Origin: Mustelus asterias
Lineage: Eukaryota
Reading direction: 5' to 3'
DNA: 64,000 nucleotides
Assembly (NCBI RefSeq): GCF_964213995.1
Contig: NC_135808.1
Span: 34,720,001 to 34,784,000 of the forward strand
In this document: in pieces, positions 21,700 to 34,000 of the stretch
How the letters are laid out: each line of letters opens with the position of its first letter
Position numbering within the stretch: position 1 is the first letter of the stretch
Notes under the pieces: model-generated
Database searches by the model: none
What the model was told of the DNA's origin: nothing
Seen by the model: only the letters and a program-made list of their open reading frames with translations
Program-made: the position numbers and the translations under genes

Positions 21700-22732
21700 A
21701 GGCAGGGCAAAGGGAAGAGCCTTGCCCTGTGGAACATATGCCAGAGGGACCCCATGAAGACCCAGAAACTGCACAGAATCTCACTGGATTATTGGGAGAT
21801 GCTGACCTTGCCTTTTGTGCAAGAATGGTCCAGGCTCTCTCAGGCCAGCTCTGCCTCCTGCTCTCTCAGGCCAGCTCTGCCTCCTGCTCCTTGTAGGGGG
21901 AGAGTGGCCTCAACTCTGGCATTCCCCCTCCAGTCTGAGATCTCCCCTGTTGCTGTGGGAGGTCTTGACCTGCCTAAAGACTGATAGGTAAACTGAAAGC
22001 ACCGGGGACAAAAAGGGAGATGAGAAGTATGAATGCCCGCTGTGTGTGCTGAGTGCTCCCAGTGAGGGTGAAGATGCTAAAGCATCAGTGAGACAATCAG
22101 TGCTGATGTCCCTTCAGTTAGTCATGTGTGAGATTCCTGACGATTGTGATCCTGTGAATACCTGATGACCTTAAAAGCGAGTCAGTTGACAGTGAGAAGG
22201 TTGACTTTCCCTGGTAGAGCGGTTGAGATCATTCATCCTCTGCCTACACTACAGTTCAGTCCTCTTCTGAGGTCCACAGGCATTGATCTCCCGGCGACCT
22301 CCTCCCAGGCCAGCATGCTGAGACTGGTGGATCTCCAGCTTCCGTCCCATGAGTAAAGAGCCTCCCACCAGTCCCGGGCTGCCTGAAGGAGTCTTTCCAG
22401 GGAGCTGTCACGAAACATGGAGGAAAGGGCTTGTTTCCTCTGAGGGGCCATTACTCACCTCAACAAGGTCTAAACTGCAGAGAGTGACTGTGTGTGTGTG
22501 TGTGTGTGTGTGTGTAGCGGGCGGGGGGTAGGGGGGATGTTTTTAAATATGGACCTTCAAACACATACAGTAATGGCAGAGTGGATAAATCCCTGTCTGC
22601 TCCTCATTGATGCATTTACAATGAACTGAACAGTGGACGGTCTGGCACAAGAACCCTTCCCAACATCCAGGGAATCAAACTGACTTTCCTGCCTGCCACC
22701 AGAGTTAGTCCACAGAATGGAAAATTCTGTCC
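21700..22732 (-). mobile_element. Harbinger-type element remnant (Myb/SANT-like gene)
   Basis: ORF 22233-22451 reads F.DSSLERLLQA.....EALY....AWEEVAG; TIR-like GGAAAATTCTGTCC near 22730; (GT)n at 22487-22515. Confidence 0.55.
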
Positions 22733-23491
22733 TAAAACAGAAAATGCTGGATATGTTCAGCAGGTTGAGGTGTATAAAGTCATGAAGAGTTTCGATTGGG
22801 GTAAATAAGGAGAAACCAATTGAGGAAAGGTCAGTAAGATGACTGGGAAAAGAACCAGAGGCAACACGACATAACCTCTTTTACACAGCATGTGTTGAGT
22901 ATTTGGATGGCACTGCCTGATGGGGTGCAGGATGCAGATTCAATAATAACCTTCAAAATGAAATTGGATAATTATTTGAAGAAAATCTTGCGGTGATGTG
23001 GAAAAAGAGCAGAATTGTGGGAATAGTTAATGTGCTGTTTGAAAAGTTGACACAGACATAATAATCTCAATCTGATCTGTATGATTCTATCAGTAAAGGA
23101 TTATTATGGATGGGCAATAAATGTTGGCCTTTCCAGTCTCACTCATATGCTGAGAATGTGAGTTGGAAAGTCCCTGTCCCTGGAATGAAATGAAGATCGG
23201 CATTGACTCCTGTTGTTATACCAGGTAAATGTAGTTTGTGTTGTGTTGGGGAAGAGCAGGTTGTGTGTGGCTGGTAAATGAAGGTTTTGATGGAAAGTCC
23301 CTGTCTCTAAGACTGGAATGAAGATTGACACTGACTCCAGTAGTTTGTGTAGCGTTGGGAAAGAACAGGTTGTGTGGCTGGTAATTGGAGATTTTGATGA
23401 AAAGTCCCTGTCTCTGAAGGTAACCTAACCCCACATTGTGAAATCTGACTAATAGCAGAATGATGTTAAAACAGTAGCTCGGCTGCCCTAC

Positions 23492-23525
23492 AGCCAATCA
23501 GATAGAGGAGTCATCAGTTGCTGGG
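23492..23525 (-). promoter_or_regulatory. Inverted X-Y box module (class II-type enhancer candidate)
   Basis: Reverse strand CCCAGCAACTGATG (X1), ACTCCTCTAT (10-nt spacer, X2-like TGACTC), CTGATTGGCT (Y). Confidence 0.65.
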
Positions 23526-23910
23526 TAGAATATGTTGGTGAAGATTTGATTCTGGACCTGTGTACAGTGGAGATTATTAACAGGCCCAGTCACTCCCACA
23601 GGCTTTCCAATCTTTATAATCCGAATAGTTAGACAGATTGTGATCAATAATCACTGGGAGTAATCCTTGACAGTGTTTGCTTTACTCCAGTCAAACCTCA
23701 CTCACCCTGACTCTGGTCGTATTTTTTAGTGTATCTTCACACCCAGTGTTTTACCCGTTGGGGAATAGTGGTGGAAGGACTCCCGAGCTGATTATCAGCC
23801 CATTGAACCATGTTGCAAGCTCATTTCATGGCCAATATGTCCTGGCGTTGGACTCAAACCCGGAGCTTCTGGTCCAGTGGTGGGGCACTAATACTGATCT
23901 ACAAGATCTT

Positions 23911-25010
23911 TTGATTTGATTTGATTTATAATTGTCACATGTATTAGTATATAGTGAAAAGTACTGTTTCTGGCACTCCATACAGAAAAAGCATACTGTT
24001 CATAGAGAAGGAAATGAGAGAGAGTGCAGGATGTAGTGTTACAGTCATAGCTAGGCTGTCGAGGAAGATCAACTTAACGCAAGGTAGGTCCATTCAAAAG
24101 TCTGACGGCAGCAGGGAAGAAGCTGTTCTTTAGTAGGTTGGTATGTGACCTCAGAATTTTGTATCCTTTTCCTGACAGAAGAAGGTGGAAGAGAGAATGT
24201 CCGGAGTGCGTGGAGTCCTTGATTATGTTGGCTGCTTTGCTGAGGCAGCGGGAAGTGTAGACACAGTCAACGGATGGGAGGCTGGTTTGCGTAATAGATT
24301 GGGCTACATTCACTGACCTTTTGTAGTTTCTTGCGGTCTTGGGCAAGCTGTGATACAACCAGAAAGAATGCTTTCTATGGTGCATCTGTAAAAGTTGGTG
24401 AGTCATAGCTGACATGCCAAATTTCCTTAGTCTTCTGAGAAAGTAGAGGCGTTGGTGGACTTTCTTAACTACAGTGTTGGCATGGGAGGACCAGGACAGG
24501 TTGTTGGTGATCTGGACACCTAAAAACATGAAGCTCACGACCATTTCTACTTTGTCCCCGTTGATGTCGACAGGGGCATGTTCTCCTCTATGCTTCCTGA
24601 AGTCGATGACAATCTCCTTCATTTTGATGACATTGAGGGAGAGCTTATTGTCGTTGCACGAGTTCACCAGATTCTCTATCTCAGTCCTGTACCCTGTCCT
24701 GTCATTGTTTGAGATCCGACCCACTATGGTGGTGTCGTCAGCAAACTTGAAAATCGAGTTGGAGGGGAATTTGGCCACACAGTCATAGCTGTATACGGAG
24801 TATAGTAAGGGGCTGAGAACACAGCCTTGTGGGGCACCGGTGTTGAGGATGACCGTGGAGGAGGTGTTGTTGCCTATCCTTACTGATTGTGGTCTGTGAG
24901 TTAGGAAGTTCAGGATCCAGTCGCAGAGGGAGCAGCCAAGGCCCAGACCACAGAGTTTGGAGATAAGTTTCGTAGGAATAATGGTGTTGAAGGCTGAGCT
25001 GCAGTCATTA
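23911..25010 (-). mobile_element. Rex1/Babar LINE 3' fragment
   Basis: ORF 24074-24778 has [10 protein letters not shown] and [13 protein letters not shown]; same family as 4490-6040. Confidence 0.88.
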
Positions 25011-26159
25011 AATCGGAGATCTCCTTTTTACTCTGATCAATCCTAGAATAATGAGCACTCTGTAATCCAGAAATCTCAATTAATAATCTGGAGGACAAGT
25101 TCAAATTTCATTAAAGCAGTTATATAATTTAATTCAATTAGCAAAGGTGTCCATCAGTTCCCACATGCTAAAGCTGCAACACACCACCTGCCCTGTTTGT
25201 ATTTAACTAAATAGTTTCAAGTTCAGATTGTCACTGAATAATTATCCATACTCATATTGTAGAGTCTAACTAGTTATGTTCTAAATTTTATATAATACTT
25301 ATATCACCCAGTAATGGTTTAACCTATTGTCCTGGTTTACAGAAGAGAAAAACCTCACCAGTTACCTCCCACACCCACTTGATACCTCTGGGCTTCTACA
25401 GTCTCACTGTCCTCATTCCCTCTTTTGGATCACTCCATTGTAAAAGGCCGGAACAGCACCCCGTTCCTCACAGCACCAAATTCCCACCCAAATCCTCGGA
25501 ATTAAGCAGCACCCAGTCTCCAGCTGCCAACTTTGTGTCACTTACTTCATGTGTGTGCTAAACCTCCTGATTTTAGCCGAGCTCAGCTTCCAGTGAGATA
25601 GGAGCGCCACTGCTGGCGAGGGAACCAGCTCTAGCCAGTTATCTAATTAAATACCCTGCAGGTGCCTCTAGGTATGGACCCGGTTTATCAGTAAGACTGG
25701 AAGAAACTGCAAATTATTGTTACAGTTAAGTTGGTGTAAAATAGCCTGTTCCATGATTGGTTCCTCAACCCACTGCTATAAGAAATTGCCATGGTGCGCA
25801 GCATCAGAACATTGTTGATAGGTCTGATACCAAAATGTTTGGTGCAATGGACAGCCTGCCTGAACATTTATGAGCAATAGCTCAAGTAAGGAGAAGTCCA
25901 TCTCCTTCTTGCTTATGTTTTGTCGTAGCCCAGAAACCGTTCTCTGCAACATGAAAGGGCTGGCCAATCCCAGCCAGGAACCCAACATCTGATGATTGGA
26001 CTTGAAACTTCCATTAGATTTCATAATGGTACCCCCATAGAATGGCAGACAGCTTCCATGGAATGAGAAGTTGCTACAATGGAATCTCAGGAAACTGGCA
26101 TCATGGTTCTGGGTTCCTTCGTTGCTGATCATAAGAACATAAAATCAATGGACCTTTGA

Positions 26160-27870
26160 CCAATTTGATTCAAAAACTATAGATCAGTGAGCCTAATGTC
26201 AGTAGTAGGGAACTTGTGAGAGTCATTTGTCAAAGATTTCATAACGCAGCATTTGGAAAGCAGTGGTTATAATCAGGCAAAGTCAGCATGGATTTACAAA
26301 GGGGAAATCATGCTTGATGAATCTATTGGAATTCTTTGAAGATGTAACTAGTAGAGTTGATCAGGGAGATCCGGTAGATGTGGTTTATTTAGATTTTCAG
26401 AAGGCTTTCAACAAGGTCTCACATAGCAGATTACTATGTAAAGTTAAAGCAATGGGATTGCAGGTAGTGTCTTGAGGTGGATAGAAAGCTGGTTAGCAGA
26501 CAGGAGGCAAAGAGTTGGAATAAATGGGTCTTCATCCGATTGGCAGGCAGTGACTAATGGGGTACTGCAGTGATCTGTGCTAGGACTCCAACTGTTCACA
26601 TTATATATTAATGATTTGGCAGAGGGAACTAAATGTATTATCCTCAAATTTGCAGATGATACAAAGTTGGGTGGGAGGATGAGCTGTGAGGAGGATGAAG
26701 AGATGCTTCAGCGTGATTTGGACAGGCTGATTGAGTGGGCATCTGCATAGCAGACGCAGTATAATTTGGATCAATGTGAGGTTATGCACTTTGGTTGCAA
26801 AAATAGAAAGGCAGAATAATATTTGAATGGGTGTAAACAGAGAGAGGTGGATACTCAGCGAGACCTTGGTGTCCTCGTGCATCAATCACTGAAAATAAGC
26901 ATGCAGGTGCAACAGGCAGTAAAGAAGGCAAATGGTATGCTGGCCTTCATAGCGAGAGGATTTGAGTACAGGTATAGGGATGTTTTGCTCCAATTGTATG
27001 GGTGCTGGTGAGGCCACATCTGGAGTATTGTGTGCAGTTTTGGTGTCCTTATCTGAGGAAGGATGTCCTTGCTATAGAGGAAGTACAGCGAAGGTTTAGC
27101 AGGCTGATTCCTGGGGTGGCAGATCTGTCATATGGGGAGAGATTAGGGCAGCATGGCGGCACAGTGGTTAGCACTGCTGTCTCACAACCCGGGTTCAATT
27201 CCTGGCTTGGGTGACTGCACATTCTCCCCATGTCTGCATGAGTTTCCTCCAGCTGCTCCAGTTTCCTCCCACACTCCAAAGATGTGGAAGTTAGGTTGAT
27301 TGGCCATGCCAAATAGCCCCCTAATGTCAGGGAGACTAGCAGGGTAAATACATGGGGTTACAGGGATAGGATCTTGGTGGGATTGTTGTCAGAGCAGGCT
27401 TGATGCACTGCACTCATTCTGCATTGTAGGAATTCTGTGATTAAGTCGGTTAGGTTTATATTCATTGGAGTTTAGAAGAATGAGAGCGGATCTCATAGAA
27501 ATTTATAAATTTCTAACAGGATTAGACATGGTAGATTCAGTAAATATGTGCCCAATGGTGGGGGAGTCCAGAACTAAGGGTCACAGTTTGAGGATAACGG
27601 GTCAACGTATTAGAACTGAGGTGAAGAGAAATTTCTTCACCCAGGGAGTGGTGAATCTGTGGAATTCACTACCACAGAAAGTAGTTGAGGCCAAAACATT
27701 GTGTGATTTCAAGAAGTTATTAGATAGAGTTCTTGGGACGAAAGGGATCAAGAGATATAGGGGGAAGGCAGGATCAGGGTATTGAATTTGATGATATTAA
27801 ATTAAATGGTGGAGCAGGCTCGAAGGGCCAAATGGCCTCCTCCTGCATCTATTTTCTATGCATGTTTATA
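26160..27870 (+). mobile_element. Degenerate CR1 RT with an HE1 SINE inserted at ~27146-27440
   Basis: QHGFTKGKSCL, LDFQKAF and PHLEYCVQFW pieces; SINE head GGGCAGCATGGCGGCACAGTGGTTAGCAC. Confidence 0.85.
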
Positions 27871-27939
27871 CGTGTGACCTGAAACATTAAGGGCTGAATT
27901 TTCCAGTTCTGTTTTAAATCTGCCTAAAACCATGGCTTT

Positions 27940-29520
27940 TTGTTCTCGAATGTCCAGCAAGGAGAAACATCCGCCCTACGTCGATATCCTTTAGTATCTT
28001 ATATACCTCAATTACATCTCCTCTCATTCTTCTAAACTCCAGCGAGTATCGGCTAAACTGCTAAATCTCCCTTCATAAGACAAGTCCTTCATCCCCAGAA
28101 TCAATCTAGTGAATCTTCTCTGAACCGTCTCCAATGCATTTACATCATTCCTCAAGTAAGGGGACCAAAACTGTGCGAAGTACTCCAGATACGGTCTCAC
28201 CAATACTCTACAGAGTTGCAACTTCCCTATTTTTATGCCCTATTCCATTAGCAACGAGTGCCAAAATTCCATTTGCCTTACTCATTACCTTCTCCTTCTG
28301 CATACTAACTTTCTGACTCGTGCACAAGAACACCCAGATCCCTCTGCACCGAAGCATTCTGAAGTTTCTCTTCATTTAGATAATGAGTTGCCATTTTATT
28401 CCTCTGACCAAAATGGGTAACCTCACACCTATCCACATTAAATTCTATCTGCTAAATTTTGCCCAATCACCTAACCTACTCATATTCATTTGTAAATTTC
28501 TTATTTCCTCATTGCAACTTGCTTTCCCACCTATTTTAGCGTTGTCTGAAAATTTGGCTATAGTACATTCTATGCCTGTATCCAAGTCATTAATTAGATT
28601 ATAAATAGTTGGAGCCCAAGGACTGCACCCTGTGGCACACCACTAGTTTGCCAACCAGAAAAAGGCTCATTTATTGCCACTCTCTGCTTTCTGTTGGTTA
28701 GCCAGTCCTCTATCCAAGCTAAACATTACCCCCAACCACATGGGATCTTACCTTGTGCATTAATCTCCTGTGTGGCACCTTATCAAATGCCTTCTGGAAG
28801 TCCAAATATACTGCATTGATAGTACACCCATTATCCACTTTGCTTGTTTCATCTTCGAAGAACTCTAGCAAATAACTCAAACATGATTTACACTTCATAA
28901 AACCATACGAACTCTGATGGATTGCGTTTTGACTTTCCCAATGTCCTGTACTACTTCCTTAATAATGGAGCCCAAAAACATTCCAATGACAGATTTAAAC
29001 TAACTGGTCTACAGTTTCCTACTTTCTGCTTTTCTCCCTTTTTGAACATCAGCCTTTTTGCAATCCACTGGAACATTTCCAGAATTCAGAGAATTTTGGA
29101 ATATTATAACAAATGCCTTCACTATCCCTGTTGTCACTTCCTTTATGACCCTAGGTTAGGCCATCTAACCCTGGGGACTTGCCTGCCTTTAATCCCAATG
29201 ATTTGCTCAGAATTTTTGTAATGGCTATTGTTTGAAGTTCGTCCTTTTCAACAACCTCTACATAACCTTTTACCAAGTTATTGGTATACATTGCAATCAG
29301 TTGACGCCCCAGCACTGATCCCCGTGGCACTCCACTCATCACATCCTGCCAACCAGAAAAATGACCCATTTCTGCCTACTCTCTGCTTCCTGTTAGCCAG
29401 CCAATCCTCTTTCCATGCTGATATGTTAGCCCCTACACCATGAGCTCTTATTTTGTACTGTGGCACTGTGTCAAATGCCTTCTGGAAATCTGCAGAGAGT
29501 GCATCCACAGGTGTTTAATT
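27940..29520 (-). mobile_element. Degenerate CR1 RT fragments
   Basis: ORFs 28024-28221, 29151-29369 and 29278-29508 carry CR1 motifs. Confidence 0.8.
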
Positions 29521-29577
29521 ACCAATCCTCCAAACACTTGGTCCATTGGCACACTTCAACACATGAATCAAGACAGT

Positions 29578-30538
29578 GGGCGGAATTCGCCCCCAAAAAT
29601 TCTAAGTGTTGAATTCATGGGAAAACTGGTGTAAATCCTGATTATTTTTTCAGTGGGAGTTCACACTAGAATCTCCCACACTCTGTGCAATGCAGAGGCC
29701 ACCAACATGATTATCACTGTGCATGCACAGTGGCCCCGAACTGTCAGCCTCTCATTTGCTGGCCAGATCGGGACCCCCTTAGTGCTGCCCCCCTCAACCC
29801 TCCCACGACCCAATCACAGTCTCCCACCCCCCCTCCGACCATTGCCAACTCCCCGTCCCAGACTGCCCCGATCTCCAACGCCCCCCCCCCCCCCACGCTG
29901 AAAGTCCCCCCCACTTCCCCCCGCGGACACCCCCACAAGCAGACCCCTCCCCTGACAGAACCCCACCCCCAGTAGATACCAACCCCCATCCACCCTGGTC
30001 TCTGGCCTCCCTCCTGCCCCCAATGCATTGTGACTGCAAGACCCCCCCAACCCCTACGTGGGCCTTGCCCACGATAGGACCCACCACCGTGGCACTGCCC
30101 ACAGTGCCAAGATGCCCTCTGGGCATGGGCACCTTGCCCCTTGAGCAGTGCTTGGAGGCCCAGGCTGGCACAGCCAGGGTGTCCATGCCCTGGAGGCACC
30201 AGTCCCCCACTGCCTGACCCCCTGGGGGAGCCCCGATTGCACCCCCCTTCATTCCAGCGGGGTTGGGCCACTTGTTCCCCAAAAGTTGGTAACTCGTGCA
30301 AACCCCGCTTGAGTGAAAGAGAATTCAGTCCTGGGCCCACTAATCTCACTTAAAGTGTAGGAAAATGATTATTTAAATCATTTCCGTGTCTCCCTACCGA
30401 TTTCTGGTGCAGGGCAGACCGTGCCAAAATCCCAGCGCTGGGAGACGCAAGTGCAGCACAAATGCTCGCGCGAATCCCACAAATCGGCCAACTTGCAATT
30501 CTCCTGGCCTGCTCCCGCAGGATGGGAGAATCACAGCC
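29578..30538. mobile_element. Non-autonomous Harbinger-type element with C-rich interior
   Basis: Imperfect TIRs GGGCGGAATTCGCCC ... GGGAGAATCACAGCC; no coherent ORF. Confidence 0.55.
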
Positions 30539-31069
30539 AGTGTCTTGTGCTAACGGTGGGTCAACCAGTATTTCAGCTCAATGTCCCATCTTGGTCACTT
30601 CAGAGACTGTCTAGCACCTTGAGTTTCTGGGTAAAATCACTGTCCTGGGTCTGCTAGGGAGACACTGGATGGAAAGTTGATTTGACAGAGGTGTGCTTTT
30701 ATGTTAATGCAAGGTCCCATTAGCCTATTTCCTGTCCAGGGAATATAAATCTTCCTAAGGCACTCGTTGGTGAAGGAGGAATTGGGCCAATTTTTACACA
30801 CCTTTATATTTACACAGCTACACATTATAAGCAATGTAAATAAGCACAATTTCAATCTGTGTCTATTGGGATTCAAGTGAATCCCCAATTTTTTAATATT
30901 CATTCCTGGGATGTGGGCATTGCTGGCTCAGCCAGCATTTATTATCCATCCCTAATTATCCCTAAACTGAATGACTTGCTAGGCATGTAAACCACATTGC
31001 TATGGATCTGAAGTCACTTGTAGGCCAGACCTGATAAGGACGGCAGATTTCGTCCCCTAAAGCACATTG

Positions 31070-34000
31070 GCATATTAAAAGGGGAAGATAAAGAAACGGA
31101 CGTCATTATACACATTGGTGGAAATGACATAGATAGGAAGAGTAGGGGGGTCCTAAGAGAGCAATTCAGGGAGTTGGGAAATAGATTAAAAAGTAGGGTC
31201 ACTAGGGTGGCCATCTCTGGGCTGCTCCCAATGCCTCGTGCCAGTGAGGCTAAGAATAGGGAGTGGGTTCAAATGAATGCCTGGCTAAAGGACTGGTCCA
31301 GGAGGGAGGGCTTTATTTTCATAGACCAATGGGAGGTTTTCAGGAGAGGATGGCACCTGTACAAGAGGGAGGGGTCACAACTAAGTTGGAAGGGCACAAA
31401 TATCCTGGCTGGGAGCTTTGCTAGTGCAGTTCGGGGGGGTTTAAACTAGTATGGCAGGGGGGTGGGGATCAAACTATTAGGTCTATACGTGTGGTGGCTG
31501 GGGACGAGCTTGGGGCTGGGACAAGGCTGGCAAAGAAGAAGAGCACTCTGGGGGAGGACGACCTCACTGAGCCTGGGGGTCTGGAGTGCTTATACTTCAA
31601 TGCAAGGAGCGTAGCAGGTAAAACAGACGAACTTGGGGCCTTAATGCGCACGAGGAATTTGGATGTGGTTGCGGTGACAGAGACTTGGTTGAAAGAGGGA
31701 CAAGACTGGCAGCTGAATATTCCAGGGTACAAGTGTTTTAGGCGAGACAGACGAGGGGCCAAAAGAGGTGGGGGAGTAGCGGTATTGGTTGGAGAGCATA
31801 TTACAGCGGTGCAGAGGGAGGACAATTCAGAGGAGTCGTGTAGCGAGTCACTCTGGGTGGAGCTTAGAAACAGGAAAGGCGCAGTCACTATGTTGGGGGT
31901 GTACTACAGGCCCCCCAACAGCCCAAGGGAAGTGGAAGAATGGATATGTCAGGAGATACTGGATAGGTGCAGGAAATATAGGGTTGTTGTAGTGGGAGAC
32001 TTCAATTTCCCTGGTATAGACTGGAAATCGCTGAGGGCAGGGACTCTGGATGGGGAGGAATTTGTAAAATGTGTACAGGAGGGTTCGTTGGAACAATATG
32101 TGAACAGCCCGACTAGAGAGGGGGCTATACTGGACCTGGTACTGGGGAATGAGCCCGGTCAGGTCTTCAAAGTTTTGGTTGGGGAACATGTGGCAAATAG
32201 TGACCACAATTCTGTTAGCTTTAGGATAGTGATGGAAAAGGATGAGTTGTGTCCCAAGGGTAAGGTGTTGGATTGGGGGAAGGCTAATTTTGTTGGGATC
32301 AGGCAGAAATTGGCAGCTCTTGATTGGGAGAGGCTGTTTGAGGGTAAATCCACATCTGGTATGTGGCAGTCTTTTAAGGAACGGTTGTTAGGGCTACAGG
32401 ACAAGCATGTGCCTGTAAAAAAGAAGGATAGGAAGGGTAGGATTAGAGAACCGTGGATAACCAGGGAAATTGAGGGACTGGTCAAAAGGAAAAGAGAGGC
32501 GTATGTTAGGTCCAAGCAGCTAAAAACAGAGGGAGCTCTGGAGGAGTACATTGAAAGTAGGAAAATACTCAAACGGGGAATTAGAAGAGCAAAAAGGGGT
32601 CACGAAATGTTCTTGGCAGACAGGATTAAGGAGAATCCCAAGGCATTTTATTCATACGTTAGGAACAAAAGGGTTGTTAGGGAAAAAATCGGACCTCTCA
32701 GGGACAAAAGTGGGGACTTATGCTTGGAGCCCAAAGAGGTAGGGGAGATCCTAAATGAATACTTTGCGTCGGTATTCACAAAGGAGAGGGATGTGTTGAC
32801 TGGGAGTGTCTCGGAGGGGAGTGTTGAACCGTTGGAGAAAATCTCCATTACAAAGGAGGAAGTGTTAGGTTTGTTAGAGAATATAAAGACTGACAAATCC
32901 CCAGGGCCTGATGGAATCTATCCAAGGCTGCTCAGGGAGACGAGAGGTGAAATCGTTGGGCCTCTGACGCAAATCTTTGTCTCGTCACTGGACACAGGTG
33001 AGGTCCCAGAGGATTGGAGGATAGCCAATGTGGTCCCGTTATTTAAGAAGGGTAGGAAGGATAACCCGGGTAATTATAGGCCGGTGAGCTTGACGTCCGT
33101 GGTGGGGAAGTTGTTGGAGAAGATTCTTAAAGATAGGATGTATGCGCATTTAGAAAGGAATAAACTCATTAACGATAGTCAACATGGTTTTGTGAGAGGG
33201 AGGTCATGCCTCACTAACCTGGTGGTGTTTTTTGAAGAAGTGACCAAAATGGTTGACGAAGGAAGGGCCGTGGATGTTGTCTATATGGACTTTAGTAAAG
33301 CGTTTGACAAAGTCCCTCATGGTAGGCTAGTGAAAAAGGTTGGATCCCATGGGATAAAGGGGGAGGTGGCTAGATGGGTGGAGAACTGGCTTGGTCATAG
33401 AAGACAGAGGGTGGTAGTGGAAGGGTCTTTTTCCGGCTGGAGGCCTGTGACTAGTGGTGTTCCGCAGGGCTCTGTATTGGGACCTCTGCTGTTTGTGATT
33501 TACATAAATGATCTGGAAGAAGGAGTAACTGGGGTGATCAGTAAGTTTGCGGACGACACAAAACTGGCAGGACTTGCAGACAGTGAGGAACATAGTCAGA
33601 GGCTACAGAAGGATATAGATAGGCTGGAAATTTGGGCAAGGAAATGGCAGATGGAGTTCAATCCTGATAAATGCGAAGTGATGCATTTTGGTGGGAATAA
33701 TGTAGGGAGGAGCTACACGATAAATGGAAGAACCATAAAGGGTGTAGAGACGCAGAGGGACCTGGGTGTGCAAGTCCACAGATCTTTGAAGGTGACGTCA
33801 CAGGTGGAGAAGGTGGTGAAGAAGGCATATGGCATGCTTGCCTTTATAGGACGGGGCATAGAGTATAAAAGTTGGGGTCTGATGTTGCAGATGTATAGAA
33901 CGTTGGTTCGGCCGCATTTGGAATACTGCGTCCAGTTCTGGTCGCCACACTACCAGAAGGACGTGGAGGCTTTGGAGAGAGTACAGAGGAGGTTTACCAG

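Noticed and set aside
25602-25618. CTCF site
   Set aside because: One base short of the core spacing and probably within a LINE 5' UTR remnant.
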